Source: Octopus sinensis (Eukaryota). From it: a stretch of DNA of 64,000 nucleotides. The stretch is taken from contig NC_043011.1 in the NCBI RefSeq assembly GCF_006345805.1, positions 5,766,001 to 5,830,000 on the forward strand, in the 5' to 3' direction. Positions 24,393 to 37,230 of this stretch are shown here, piece by piece (position 1 is the stretch's first letter; each line of letters begins with the position of its first letter). Made by a program: the position numbers and the translations under genes. The notes beneath the pieces were generated by a model. The model had not been told where the DNA came from. It did not search any database and saw nothing but the letters and a program-made list of their open reading frames with translations.

Positions 24393-26695
24393 GCAGAAAT
24401 ATCAATGTTTTTGACTTATCACAATACTAATGAAGTGGAATGGTTTACAAAAAAGACTTTTCTTTTCCCCTTCCTTTCACCCCCACCTACTTTTTTTCTT
24501 TATATTTTTCTTCATCCATCTTTCAAAAGAAGAATGAAAAAATTTTAAACTATCATAAAATTAAAGATCTTCATTTTCCTTCTTATTCCTTGTTTTTTTT
24601 TTTAATTATTGTTTAAACTCAGTGATTTTTCTCTTTTTCTTACTTTTTGATTTTGTTTTCTTTCAACATCAATTTTACTGAAGAAGAAGAAGAAAAAAAT
24701 CAAAAATAGAAGACAAAAATGAAGAAATAGAAAGGAAGAAAAAGAGGAGACAATAAGACAGTAGAAGAAAGAAGAAAAGAGAAAACAAAAGTAAAAACTA
24801 TGGCACAGACAATCAAAGACATCTTCTGGCAAAATGGCTGAGATAATCAGGGGTAATGAAGAAGGAGAGAAGGAGAGTAATACTCATTGGAAATCAGATT
24901 TCAGAGAAAATGGTTTTCATTTCCAAACAGCATTCATTTGGAAACGAAAAGTCGATACAACAGACATGAACGACATCTATGGAATCGTGCTTAATCCTTG
25001 GTTAGTTGTTGCAAAGAATTTAATTTAATGGATTTCAAATTACTCTTTGGTTTTGAGAGAGAGAGAGAGAGAAGAATGAGAAAGAAGACATTCAGCAGTG
25101 AAGAGAATAAATAAAATAAATAAATACATACATAAAGAAACTAAAGAATCGATAATAAAAGAATCTTACTAATTTATAACAGTGTGTTATTTGTTAGGGG
25201 GGGAAAAAATACCAAAGTAAGAAATAATGTTGTAATTGGAACTTCAAGCATTATCCACACAGTATTATTACCAGTGACACTGTATTGCTGATACAGCATT
25301 GTCAATAATGTAGACTTGCAGACACAGCATTATAAACACAGCCTTGTCAATAACATTATAGACATAACATTGTCAACGACATGATCTTATTGACACAGCA
25401 TTATCCTCGACATTATCGACACAGACTTGCCCAGAGGCAGTATATGCAATACTGAAAAAGTATACACACAAACTTATCGATACAACACTATCTGAGAGTA
25501 GGACCTGTATTATACACCACAGAACCTCCCCTAACTAGACACCGATATTTAAGCATTGTCTAAACCTAATTAGAGTACCTAAGAGGAAAACCAAACAATA
25601 CCAAAGAAAGACTAAGATATGAGAAATTCACAATCAAGCATAACATATATGCATTCTCATCATCAGCTGCCAAACAGATATCACTATAGTTTTGACACAA
25701 TTTTGAAGCAGATAAACAGCATCATTGACACAGTGTTGAAAGTGTATGTGTGCACAAGTACACACATGTACATAGGGTACACTAATTAGGTATGTTCCCC
25801 CCCTCTCTCTCTCACACTCTCTCTTTCTCTCCTTTAACCCTTAAAAGCTAGAGTTTACTTTCGCCACTGTACTTTGGAAAAATTAAAAAGTGGGAGGGAA
25901 CCAATAAATCGTGAATGTTTTAGGTTGAGTTAAGGTAAATATAGGAAACTTAAATGACTAAGGATCTGGTGGGCAAATAGAATTGGTAATTCATCAGAAA
26001 ATATGGGAGGTAGATGACAGAATTGGTCAAGAGACACAGCTATAAAAGCTCATAATGCAGTGGGTAAAAAAAAATCTCCTTGGACACTGAGCTACAATAG
26101 CAGAATGTGGTAAGGTGGGTTGGAACCTACTTCAGTTTAAAAGGCTTTTATTAGCAGGAGGACATCTCTGACTCCTCCAGGTATGAGGCAAGAAATAGAT
26201 GTAAAGCACCTCTACTTTACTCCCTGGAGAGGACACATAGGTGCAGATGTGGTTGTGTGGTAAGAAGATTACTTACCAATCACATGGTTTCGGGTTCAGT
26301 CTCACTGTGTGGCACCTTGGGCAAGTGTCTTCTACTATAGCCTCTGGCCAGCCAAAGCCTTGTGAAAGGATTTGTTAGAGGGAAACTGAAAGAAGCCCAC
26401 CACTCTGTGTGTGTGTCCCACCACCACTTGACAACCAGTGTTGGTGTGTTTATGTCCCTGTAACTTAGCAGTTCAGCAAAAGAAAACTAAACAAATCCTG
26501 GAGTTGATTCATTCAACTAAAAATTCTTGAAGGTGGTGCCCCAGCATGGCCACAGTCTAATGTAAAGGATGATGGATAAATACTACATGAGTACTCAGTA
26601 CTCCTAGCTAACCAACAAGAACCACATTGCTCTCAATACTAAACAGTCACGAACTGTTGGTGTTTAGCCCAAGGTGAACCTTGATCAAGCAGCTC

Positions 26696-27045
26696 ATCTT
26701 ATCTAGGTCGTCCCATAGAACACCTCTCATAGGGGTTTCAGTTGCACATACTATAGGAGTCACATGGTGCTGCTCCCTGAGGTCCCACAATTTCCATCTA
26801 ACTAAGAATATTAGGGTCTCATCCATTGTCTTGTATTCAAGATCCTCTGCATGACATCCTCCTAATTCAAAGCCAGGAATCTGATCTGTTAGGCCCCCTG
26901 CCGATAACTAAATCCACGCCCTGCTGCCGACGCTTCGATTTATTGTCGTTAAGGTTTTGTTTGTCTCCTACCTTTCGATCTGTCTGGCCTGGTAAGACCT
27001 GCCTGAAGATTTCTCTCCCTCCAGCATAGCTCTCCAGATCAATGG
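26696..27045 (-). mobile_element. 350 bp non-coding insertion with 5-bp TSD (AGCTC), RTE-like termini
   Basis: AGCTC at 26691-26695 and 27046-27050. Removing the insert restores the host repeat (gatcaagcagctctatgatcaaaag; compare 55640-55690 reverse). The 5' end GATCTGGAGAGCTATGCTGG...GCCAGACAGATCGAAAGG is reminiscent of RTE 5' UTRs (from memory); short AGATAAGAT tail. Confidence 0.65.
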
Positions 27046-27740
27046 AGCTCTATGATCAAAAGATCTTCCATCCATGACTGATTTGTCTTTTTCTATGCCA
27101 GTGACTACACAGGCTGATATATCCTCCTTTATTTAAGAAGTCAGAGTGTAATTTGACTGCTATTTCTAGAACATAGAGTAATACCCCCAGAAACTCCTTT
27201 TTCACTCAGTGGTTGTGTTTGGCTGATAATATTTACCTCATTCAAAATGGCAAACCAGCAGAATCATTAGCACGCCAGGTAGAATGCTCAGCATCATTCT
27301 GTCCATCTTAATGTTCTGAGTTCAAATTCTGTTGAGGTCAACTTCATCTTTCATCCTTTCAGGGTCAATGAAATAAATACCAGTTGAGTGCTGGGGTTGA
27401 TATAATCGATTTATTCTCTCTCCCCAAAACTGCTGGCCTTGTGCCAAAACTGGAAATCAATATTTACCTCATTCACTGCTCAACAGCAGCTCCCACTATC
27501 ACCTACTACTACTGCCACTACTGCAATTATTTCTATCACCACAAACCACCTCTGCTATTGTAACTACTACTACCACAGTTACCACCAACTCTACAATCAC
27601 ATCAACTATTACCACCTTCCTACAACTACTACTACTACTACTACTACAATACTTATTGTTTAGGATTATCAACCCTGAAGTCCCTATCCCTCCCTAATTA
27701 CCTCCTAACTTTCAAACAACACTCAAGGCATACGACTCAC

Positions 27741-27850
27741 CTGACCGAAACAAATTTCTTATTTTGGACACGGATCATAGAATAAATGGTCAGCGTTAGA
27801 CTCAAAGACAGCGTTGAGTTGGAAAACATGGTGTGAGAATGAAAGAGAGC
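27741..27850 (-). other. Candidate non-coding first exon (possibly of the PLEKHA1/2-like gene)
   Basis: Consensus donor CAG|GTGAGT (plus actcac|ctg, 27735-27743) in non-repetitive, relatively CpG-rich sequence next to CCAAT boxes. Assignment to the gene and the 5' boundary are inference. Confidence 0.4.
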
Positions 27851-27859
27851 AAGCGAATG

Positions 27860-27900
27860 TCTAAATATAGCCGATTGGTTAATTCTAGCCAATTGAATAA
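27860..27900 (-). promoter_or_regulatory. Candidate promoter with two opposed CCAAT boxes
   Basis: ccgattggtt (27871-27880) and gccaattg (27888-27895) directly upstream of the candidate first exon. Confidence 0.35.
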
Positions 27901-28349
27901 TGGTCAAAGTAGATTAGTTTGTTTGAAGACAATCTGGTTCCAATTACAGACTAGCGATGAAGAAACCATTCCAAAGCGATTCCAGTGGTCTTCTCTTTGA
28001 AACGAGCAATTTAAACCACATATAGCAGTAGTGCTTCAAATGGTTACATTTGGAGTGACACGGGGTCATCGTTCAATTATATTTCAGCTATTTTCAGTTG
28101 GCATCAAATTATGGCATCGGTGAGAAAGAATTTCTATTTCACTAATTGGGTTTCGATTCTTTGAAATTTCAATTCAATCACCATCATTATCAAATTATGT
28201 TTATCATACACAAACTTATCTCTCTGTCTACCTATAAATCTATCCTATCTGTTGGATTATCTCCCTTTCTATCTATATAGCAGCCACACAAACACACACA
28301 TGGTTGCTGTATAGACAGAGAGGGGGACAGACAGACAGACAGATATATA

Positions 28350-28580
28350 TATTTCTTTACTACCCACAAGGGGCTAAACATAGAGGGGACAAACAAGGAC
28401 AGACAAAGGGAGTAAGTCGATTACATCGACCCCAGTGCGAAGCTAGTACTTTATTTATCGACCCCGAAAGGATGAAAGGCAAAGTCGACCTCGGCGGAAT
28501 TTGAACTCAGAATGTAACGACAGACGAAATACCGCTAAGCATTTTGCCCGGCGCGCTAACGTTTCTGCCAGCTCGCCGCC
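28350..28580 (-). mobile_element. SINE family B monomer (tail type 1)
   Basis: Full head GGCGGCGAGCTGGCAGAAACGTTAGC, B box, core and tail TTTAGCCCCTTGTGGGTAGTAAAGAAAT. Confidence 0.88.
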
Positions 28581-29299
28581 CTATATAGACAGATATATAT
28601 GTTGATAGTTTTACAGGTAGACAGACAGACAGACAGATAGCTACAAGCATGGCTGTGTGGTTAAGCAATTCACTTTCCAAATACATGGTTTCAAGTTCAA
28701 TCATGGTATGTGGCACCTTGGGCAAGTTTCTTCTTCTATAACCCCAAGTTGATCAAATCCTTGTGAGAGGATTTGCTAGACAAAAGCTGAAAAAAAAGAG
28801 GCCTGTCACGTGTGTGTGTGTGTGTGTGTATGCATATACATATATTTATATGTATGTGCATAGTTTTGTATCCGTCCATGCTTCTCGAAGGCCCTTGTCG
28901 ATGGTTCAGAGGGCCAGGCCCTTCTCACACATTTCAATACGTCCCCACTTAGTTTCTGATGACCCAATTTCATTCTCAGAGCATTGGTCAAGCTGAGTCT
29001 GTGGCAGAAGAGACCCAAAGGGTCATTCTGGGATTGAACCAGGAACTACATGGTTGTAAAGCAAAGTTCTTAACCACACAACTAAACCTGCATTTTATTC
29101 TTTTACATGTTTCAGTCATTTGACTGCAGCCATGCTGGAGCACCAACTTAAGAATTATCCATGATTTTTTAATACTGTGATTTCTTTAAGTGTGTTTCTT
29201 AATGTGTTCTGGAGACAGCATCAAGTGAATATATATTTTTTCTTTACTAATTTCAGTTAGACAGCCGTGGCCATACTGGGGCACCACTGTTCAGAACAC

Positions 29300-29500
29300 C
29301 ATGTTGGATCGTTAGCTCCTGCATGCATTTTTTTTTCTCTCCTTGTTTCTTTTCTGTGTATCTTTCTGTCGAAGAGCGTAGGCTCGAAACGTAAAAGACT
29401 TGTTCTATTTCTATTCCTGAGCACCATACTAATACAATTGTTTGTTTGTACTCCACCTGCTTTCGTCTTTTGTTTATACTCGTAAACCTTCCCGTTATAT
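29300..29500 (+). mobile_element. Penelope-like terminal fragment with hammerhead-like motif (29361-29398)
   Basis: TCTTT-CTGTCGA-A-GAGC gtag GCTC-GAAAC-GTA-AAAGA; ends in (TA)n. Homologues at 39500-39654 and (tail only) 44670-44720. Confidence 0.6.
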
Positions 29501-30009
29501 ATATATATATATATATATGTACACTGTATTAGAATAAGAGCTACAAATGGTTTCTTGCCATTGAGCGACATGGCATGTTATAAAAATTTGCCTAACCATG
29601 TGAAAAATGGTAAGAAACTATTAGTAACACTTATTTTAAATACATTAAACGATATTTATCTCTCATTGGATAGAGTAGGTTTTTTTTTTGTTGAGCCTAC
29701 CATAATGCAACAGTAAACTATATATATATATACACACACACACATACACACACATATAGAGTGAGACTATTTAGAGATAATTGCTGCAATACTGAAGGCC
29801 CTCCAAGTTATGGGTCAGAGGCCATCTCTGTACATAATCAGTAAAACTCTAATCTGTACAGATTGTACTTAGCACATTTGCAACTGAAGATAAGAAAGCA
29901 GAGGAGGTGTTTTGATAAAAGCCAGTTAACCAGCCACATTAAAAAACGTTCATGCCACCATTAGCAATCATTAGTTATCTATTATTATTATTATTATTAT
30001 TATTATTAG

Positions 30010-30240
30010 AAGGCGGCGAGCTGGCAGAATCGTTAGCACGCCAGGCGAAATGCTTTGCGGTATTTCGTCTGCCGTTATGTTCTGAGTTCAAATTCCGCCG
30101 AGGTCGACTTTGCCTTTCATCCTTTCGGGGTCGATAAATTAAATACCAGTTACGCACTGGGGTTGATGTAACCTACTTAATCTCTTTGTCTGTCCTTGTT
30201 TGTCCCCTCTATGTTTAGCCCCTTGTGGGCAGTAAAGAAT
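30010..30240 (+). mobile_element. SINE family B monomer (tail type 1)
   Basis: Full head, B box GAGTTCAAATTCC, core and tail. Confidence 0.88.
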
Positions 30241-31577
30241 CTTATTATTATTATTATTATTATTAATTGGATAAAAGTTGGAGGTGTCTGAAAATACATC
30301 TTTGTATGTATCTTAATCCTGTAAACTTCCACTTCATCATCTCCAATGGTTATCCTTTTAACATTCAAACTATTTTTAAATGTCTGAGAGGAGTTCTTAT
30401 GACCAACATTTCAACGTTCTGCTCTATCAACCTCGTCGTTCAAATGTACATTTTATAATATCTACAATATATGCGTTTACATTATGCTTCAGTTGGTTTG
30501 TTCCCCAAATGTATTTTGTTCCTAGAACATTCGAGCAAGGTTGTTGCCAGTGCCACTGGACTTGCTCCTGTGCAGGTGGTACATAAAAAGCACCATTTGA
30601 GCATGGTACATAAAAGCACCCACTACACTCTCGGAGTGGTTGGCGTTAGGAACGGCATCCAGCTGTAGAAACTCTGCCAAATCAAGATTGGAGTCTGGTG
30701 CAGCCATCTGGTTCGCCAGACCTCGGTCAAATCATCCATCTCATGCTAACATGGAAAGCAGATGTTAAACAATGATGATAATGATGGTGTGAACATGGTA
30801 TCCTGTGGCTAAGACATTCAGAAGAGGGCTAACCCCAAGCCATGTGTCTCACACAAAGCTGCTTTTGTGTAGACATGCCCTGATGTCATGCCAGGTTTGG
30901 CCCACAAGCATAAGTTCATGGGTTCAATTCCTGGAATAAGTAGTATGGTGTATTTTTGAGTAAGCACAACATTTCATGTTGCTTCAGTTTGGTCGGCTGA
31001 AAATGAGGACCAGCCAATTGCTGATGCAGCCCCCTCGCTTCCTGCCACCCCAGCTGTCACATTCTGGATGTTCCACCAGATGGGTGGGGCTGAGGGCCAT
31101 GAAGGTGCCCACGGCTACTCAAAACTACAAAGGCGATTTGAAACAAACAGAAGAAACAAACTACATGCTGCCACGTTGCCACGTCCCATACACATTCGCG
31201 AATCATGGCCATGGACATAGACATCTTCAATATTCTTTATGCATGTAAAATGAATAAAATACCAACTTCATGCTTCCTGTTAGTCTCTTATATTCGATAC
31301 GCTCTTCATACCATGTAACAGCCCTATACTAGTAGCGGTTCCTCTACTAGGTGATGTTACTAGGAACTGCAACCAATGTGGTAACGTGGGGCACCTAGCA
31401 CATCCGTTCCCACTTGACATACAAGAGTGGCTGTGTGGTAAGAAGCTTGATTCCCAACCACATAGTTCCAGGTTCGGTCCTACTACATGGCATCTTGGGC
31501 AAGTACATTCTGCTCTAGCCTCAGGCTGACCAACACCTTGTGAGTGGATTTAGTAGAAGAAAATTAAAAGAAGCCTG

Positions 31578-31617
<40 letters not shown>

Positions 31618-31929
31618 ATTCCACCCCCCAACCTATCAGCACCACTTGACAACAAGTGTTAATGTGTTTACATTCCTATAACTTAACGGTTAGGCAAAAA
31701 GAGACTGACAAAATAAGCACCAGACTTAGAAAATAAAAAGAGTGTTGGGATCGATTCATTCAACTAAAATTCTTCAGGACAGTGCCCCAGCATGACCACA
31801 GTCTAATGACTGAAACAAGTGAAACAACACACACACACACACATACAGAGAGAGAGAGAAATGTTTGAAATGCTACAAATAGTGGAGTGCGCACACACAC
31901 ACATGCACCCTAAATAATATTCTTTTCTT

Positions 31930-32500
31930 TTCTACTTTAGGTACAAAGCCCGAAATTTTGGGGGAGGTGGGGCAGTCAATTAGATCGACCCAATATGCAA
32001 CTGGTACTTAATTTATCGACCCTGAAGGGACGAAAGGCATAGTCAACCTAGGCATAATTTGAACTCAGAACATAAAGACAGACGAAATACCTATTTCTTT
32101 ACTACCCACAAGGGGCTAAACACAGAGAGGACAAACACGGACAGACAAACGGATTAAGTCAATTATATTGACCCCAGCGCATAACTGGTACTTATTTAAT
32201 CAACCCCGAAAGGATGAAAGGCAAAGTCGACCTCGGCAGAATTTGAACTCAAAACGTAGCGGCAGACGAAATACCTATTTTTTTACTACCCACAAGGGTC
32301 TAAACACAGAGGGGACAAACAAGGACAGACAAATGGATTAAGTCAATTATATCGACCCCAATGTGTAACTGGTACTTAATTTATTGACCCCGAAAGGATG
32401 AAAGGCAAAGTCGACCTCGGCGGAATTTGAACTCAGAACGCAGACGTAATACCGCTAAGCATTTCGCCCGGCATGCTAACGTCTCTGCCAGCTCCCACCA
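31930..32500 (-). mobile_element. SINE family B trimer (two tail-1 units, terminal unit with tail 2)
   Basis: Junctions GACGAAATACC|TATTT at ~32090 and ~32272 (minus: AAATA|GGTATTTCG). Confidence 0.85.
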
Positions 32501-32999
32501 CCTTACACACAAAATAATATTAAATGAAGTGCGCACAGTTCTGTTTCTTGTACTAAATGTTTCTATCACAGAAAAATTATTTTTTACTTGTTGCCCACAG
32601 AATGTCTGCAAAAGAGAGAATAAACTAGGTTTGCGAAAATGTCAATGTTGCTATTTTACAGCTGATTAGCTGTCTTAATGTTCATTTTCAATTTAATTAG
32701 CAACAATTACATCTCTGAACACTGAAGTAATCAATTTTAATTAAGCTGGTCGCTGCACATTTGCATGTGAATGCAATAAACTAACGAAATATCATTTGAA
32801 ATTAGCAGCTTTATTTTTACAGTTAGCTAATTAAAAAAATATAATTAGGACAGCTACAAAGATAACATTCAAACCTTTTGTGCTCTCGTAACTTTTTGCA
32901 GGTTTTAAGTGAAATGGGTTTATAAAAATAACTCATAAACAATATAGTAGCTTATTTATATATAGTGCTATCATCATCATCATCATCATCACACCACCA

Positions 33000-33071
33000 T
33001 CATCATATATATAGACATACATATACATGTATATATACATAGATACAAATATAAACACACATCTACTTATG

Positions 33072-33125
<54 letters not shown>

Positions 33126-33331
33126 GCACATGCATACATACATTTCCCAGTACATGTATGCACACATACACATATATATATATATATATATATATACCAA
33201 CATACATATGCATGTATATGTAAGTGTCTGTGTATACACACACACATACCAACATACATATATCCACATATAATGCATGCATATAATATATATATATATA
33301 TGTGTGTGTATGTGTATGTATGTATGTTAGG

Positions 33332-33395
<64 letters not shown>

Positions 33396-33500
33396 TAGAT
33401 AGATAGATAGATAGATAGATGGATGGATGGATGGATGGATACATTGCATTGTATATACATACATAAAATATATGTAATGTATATACATATGTATACAGAC
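33000..33500. repeat. Compound (TA)n/(GA)n/(GACA)n/(GATA)n microsatellite
   Basis: Directly visible. Confidence 0.95.
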
Positions 33501-34082
33501 ACTGAATGTTTAACACTGAACTATGAGAATAGTGAAAGGGCAAACCTATTACATGCCAGTAGCCTTTACTAGTTAGTGATGATGATGATGGTGGTGGTGG
33601 TGGTGGTGGTGTTAACCTGACATTCTTTAATCCAACATCCTTTGACAATAAACTCGAGAAGTTATGCTACAGAATCACCATAGATTACAACACCTAACAT
33701 TTACTGGACAGATTTGGGTTTGGTAAACAAGGAATGGTAGCAGCAGAATGGCACCAAACTGGAGATATGTTCTTTAAAAGAAAATATATATAAAATGCAA
33801 TTTTTTAAAAATCCGTTTTCAAACCGTTTCATGGAATTTTTATAAAATTTCACAAAATGACTACAATTCCTTACTAATAATAACCTTTGTATAATAACAG
33901 CTGCCAATATAGGCACAGGAGTGGCTGTATGGTAAGTAGCTTGCTTACCAACCACATGGTTCCGTGTTCAGTCCCACTGCATGGCATCTTGGGCAAGTGT
34001 CTTCTACTATAGCCTCGGGCCGACCAATGCCTTGTGAGTGGATTTGGTAGACGGAAACTGAAAGAAGCCTGTCGTGTATATG

Positions 34083-34113
<31 letters not shown>

Positions 34114-35503
34114 TTGTCCCCCTAGCATTGCTTGACAACCGATGCTGGTGTGCTTACGTCCCCGTCACTTAGCGGTTCGGCAAAAGAGACCGATAGAATA
34201 AGTACTGTGCTTACAAAGAATAAGTCCCGGGGGTCGATTTGCTCGACTAAAGGCGGTGCTCCAGCATGGCCACAGTCAAATGACTGAAACAAGTAAAAGA
34301 GTAATATAAATGTTGCTTGCTTTGCTGGTTGGTTGATTTCCCCAGTCACAATTTACATTGTATAGAGAAATGGGGAGAGAATTAGCAGAAGAGGTCCAGG
34401 GTTAGCGCACATACTAAGCTTGGTGGTAGGCAATGATAATTTTCAGAAAAAATACTCTTTTTTTTGTTTTTAATGAAACTTTGTAGAGATAGGTTTTCAA
34501 TAGAGGAGATTGTGATTATGTTGATAAAAGTTAGAAAAATAGTAGCATGTATTTATTGCAAATATACAAACGAGAAATTTGTTTTAATTTTATTTTGTGG
34601 TAATGAATACTTTTCTTTTAAAAATTAGGAATGGCTTGCTGTGTGGTAAGAAGCTTGCTTACGAACAACATGGTTCCGGGTTCAGTCCCACTGCGTGGCA
34701 CCATGGGCAAGTGTCTTCTACTATAGCCTCGGGCCGACCAATGCCTTGTGAGTGGATTTGGTAGATGGAAACTGAAAGAAGCCTGTCGTATATATGTATA
34801 TATGTATGTGTGTATGTATGTTTGTGTGTCTGTGTTTGTACCCCCAACAGCACTTGACAACCGATGCTGGTGTGTTTATGTCCCCGTCACTTAGCGGTTC
34901 GGCAAAAGAGACCGATAGAATAAGTACTAAGCTTACAAAGAATAAGTCCTGGGGTCAATTTGGTCAACTAAAGGCAGTGCTCCAGCATGGCCACAGTCAA
35001 ATGACTGAAACAAGTAAAAGAGTAAATTTCATCATTTTATATAAGAAGCAAGAAATTTGATAATCATAATTATATTTGATAATCATAATTATTGCATGCT
35101 TGCCTTATTTTCTGATCTTCCTGTTGGTGATAAAAGTATACATCCAAAGTTATACTCATAGTATAAATTGGTAACATTGTAGGAAAAAGTGAGAAAAAAG
35201 AAGAGACTCCACCCCAGTACAAGACTGGTACTTAATCAACCTCAAAAGGATAAAAGGCCTTAGTGTGATTTGAACTCAGAGCACAGAAGGCCAGAATGAT
35301 TACCACAAAGCAATCTTTCCAATGCTCTAACAACACTGCCAATTGTCCCAACTTCAATATTGCATGGCTCATTCATTAAGACTGACTGGTATTGCTAATA
35401 TTAATCACTTGACTTGCTCAAGGTGCCATGCAATGGGACTGAAAATGAGACCATGTGGTTAAAAAACCAGTCTTTTAACCACACGGCCACACCAGTACCA
35501 TAG

Positions 35504-35542
<39 letters not shown>

Positions 35543-35591
35543 CATGTATCATACTTTATGTGTATACATTGCTGATGGGCCAATTACAGCT

Positions 35592-35758
35592 GTATTTGTC
35601 ATCAGATAACATCCCTTGTGGACTGTCCAAGCATGTGACTGGCTGGAAGTTAAGCAGCACTAGAAAAGCCCACAGTGGCCACTGTTGGGACAAACCTTTG
35701 TTCCCCTCTAATATTTGTTTGTAACGCAACAACTGAGATGTTATCTCAGGACAAATAC
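35592..35758. mobile_element. Old MITE-like element with 22-bp imperfect inverted ends
   Basis: GTATTTGTCATCAGATAACATC versus GATGTTATCTCAGGACAAATAC. Confidence 0.4.
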
Positions 35759-36306
35759 CACAGTAACTGGCCTATCGACTGTGTACATACATGGGCAATT
35801 ATTATAATTTAAAACTGCCTCAAATGTGTATACTAGATGTGTGTGTGTGTGTGTGTGTGTCTGCGTGCATGTGTGCACGTATATATACATACATATTTGA
35901 TATCACAACAATATGGATGAGCAGTGTTTATATAGGTCAAAGGACCTTTATATTGATAAAAATAACTTTACATTATATCTTCTTCAGTATTTATAGATTT
36001 TATATTACGTAATTAATTAGTGTTTAATTTAACGCTGTTAATATGACAAATACGAGTTTATGATAATTATCTTTGGCAGCTGAAATGACAGCGTGTGTGT
36101 ACAGATGCATGAAAGGGGAGGGAGACAGCGTGAGTGTATCTCTTCCATTCCTCACACACATATGTGTGTGTGTGTGTATGTGTGCGTGTGTGTGTTATAA
36201 TTTAGAACAAACGATAAAAGGTTGTCATTAGAGGACTTGGAATTTCGAGGTCTCATTCTTTCGTTGTTACATTTTATAATATATATATGTATATATATAT
36301 ATATAT

Positions 36307-36353
<47 letters not shown>

Positions 36354-36552
36354 TTAGCGTCCGTTTTCCATGCTAGCATGGGTTGGACGGTTCTACTGGG
36401 GTCTGTGAAGCCAGAAGGCTTCATCAGGCCCAGTCAAATCTGGCAGTGTTTCTACGGCTGGATGCCCTTCCTAACGCCGACACACTTTTGCCGACACCAG
36501 CATCAGTTGTCAAGCGATTTTGGGGGGATAAAACGCCAACACACAAATATAT

Positions 36553-36593
<41 letters not shown>

Positions 36594-36736
36594 CGATGGG
36601 CTTCTTTCAGTTTCCGTCTATCAAATCCACTCACAAGGCTTTGGTTGGCCTGAGGCTATAGTAGAAGGCACTTGCCCAAGGTTCCACGCAGTGGGACTGA
36701 ACCCAGAACCATGTGGTTCTACTTTGATTGTGAACC

Positions 36737-36779
<43 letters not shown>

Positions 36780-36984
36780 TACATACACACACACATGCAC
36801 AAATACACAAATATGCAGACATGCATATTTGTGTGTGTGTGTGCGTGTGTGTATTTTCAATTATAAAAATATGTGTATATACACACACACACACATGTAC
36901 ACATAAATACTCTTTAACCTCGTTTCAGTCATGCTGTTGCGGTCATGCTGGAGCACCACAAATATATAAATACATCATCAAGTC

Positions 36985-37230
36985 CCTTTTCTCTCTGCTT
37001 TTCCGTTCTTGCATGTCTTCGACAAGTGAATCTCCAGAGACCGTCTGGCCACTTGTTATGTGATCTTTTGTCATTTTAGTGAAGTTCTGCCTCTTGAAAC
37101 TCACTTTTACCATTTCTTTCCATCTCTTTCTTAGACTACTCCTTCCAGATTCCTTTCTCAGCACTTCTTTATCCAAACTCTCATCCTCAATACACACCAC
37201 ACGTCTCAACCAGTGCACTCTCTTGTCCTT
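36985..37230 (-). mobile_element. RTE-clade LINE 3' fragment (degenerate ORF2 C-terminus plus tail)
   Basis: HWLRRVVCIEDESLDKEVLRKESGRSSLRKRWKEMVK resembles the RTE motif LRWxGHVxR..GR.RKxW. The tail gcaagaacggaaaa resembles the family C tail. Confidence 0.6.

Noticed and set aside
25240-25520. Degenerate acacagcatt(a/g)tc minisatellite
   Set aside because: Ordinary decayed tandem repeat with no coding or structural signal.
33640-33785. Protein-like frame FDNKLEKLCYRITIDYNT*HLLDRFGFGKQGMVAAEWHQTGDMFFKR
   Set aside because: Internal stop, no splice signals and no family recognised; a BLASTx search would settle it.
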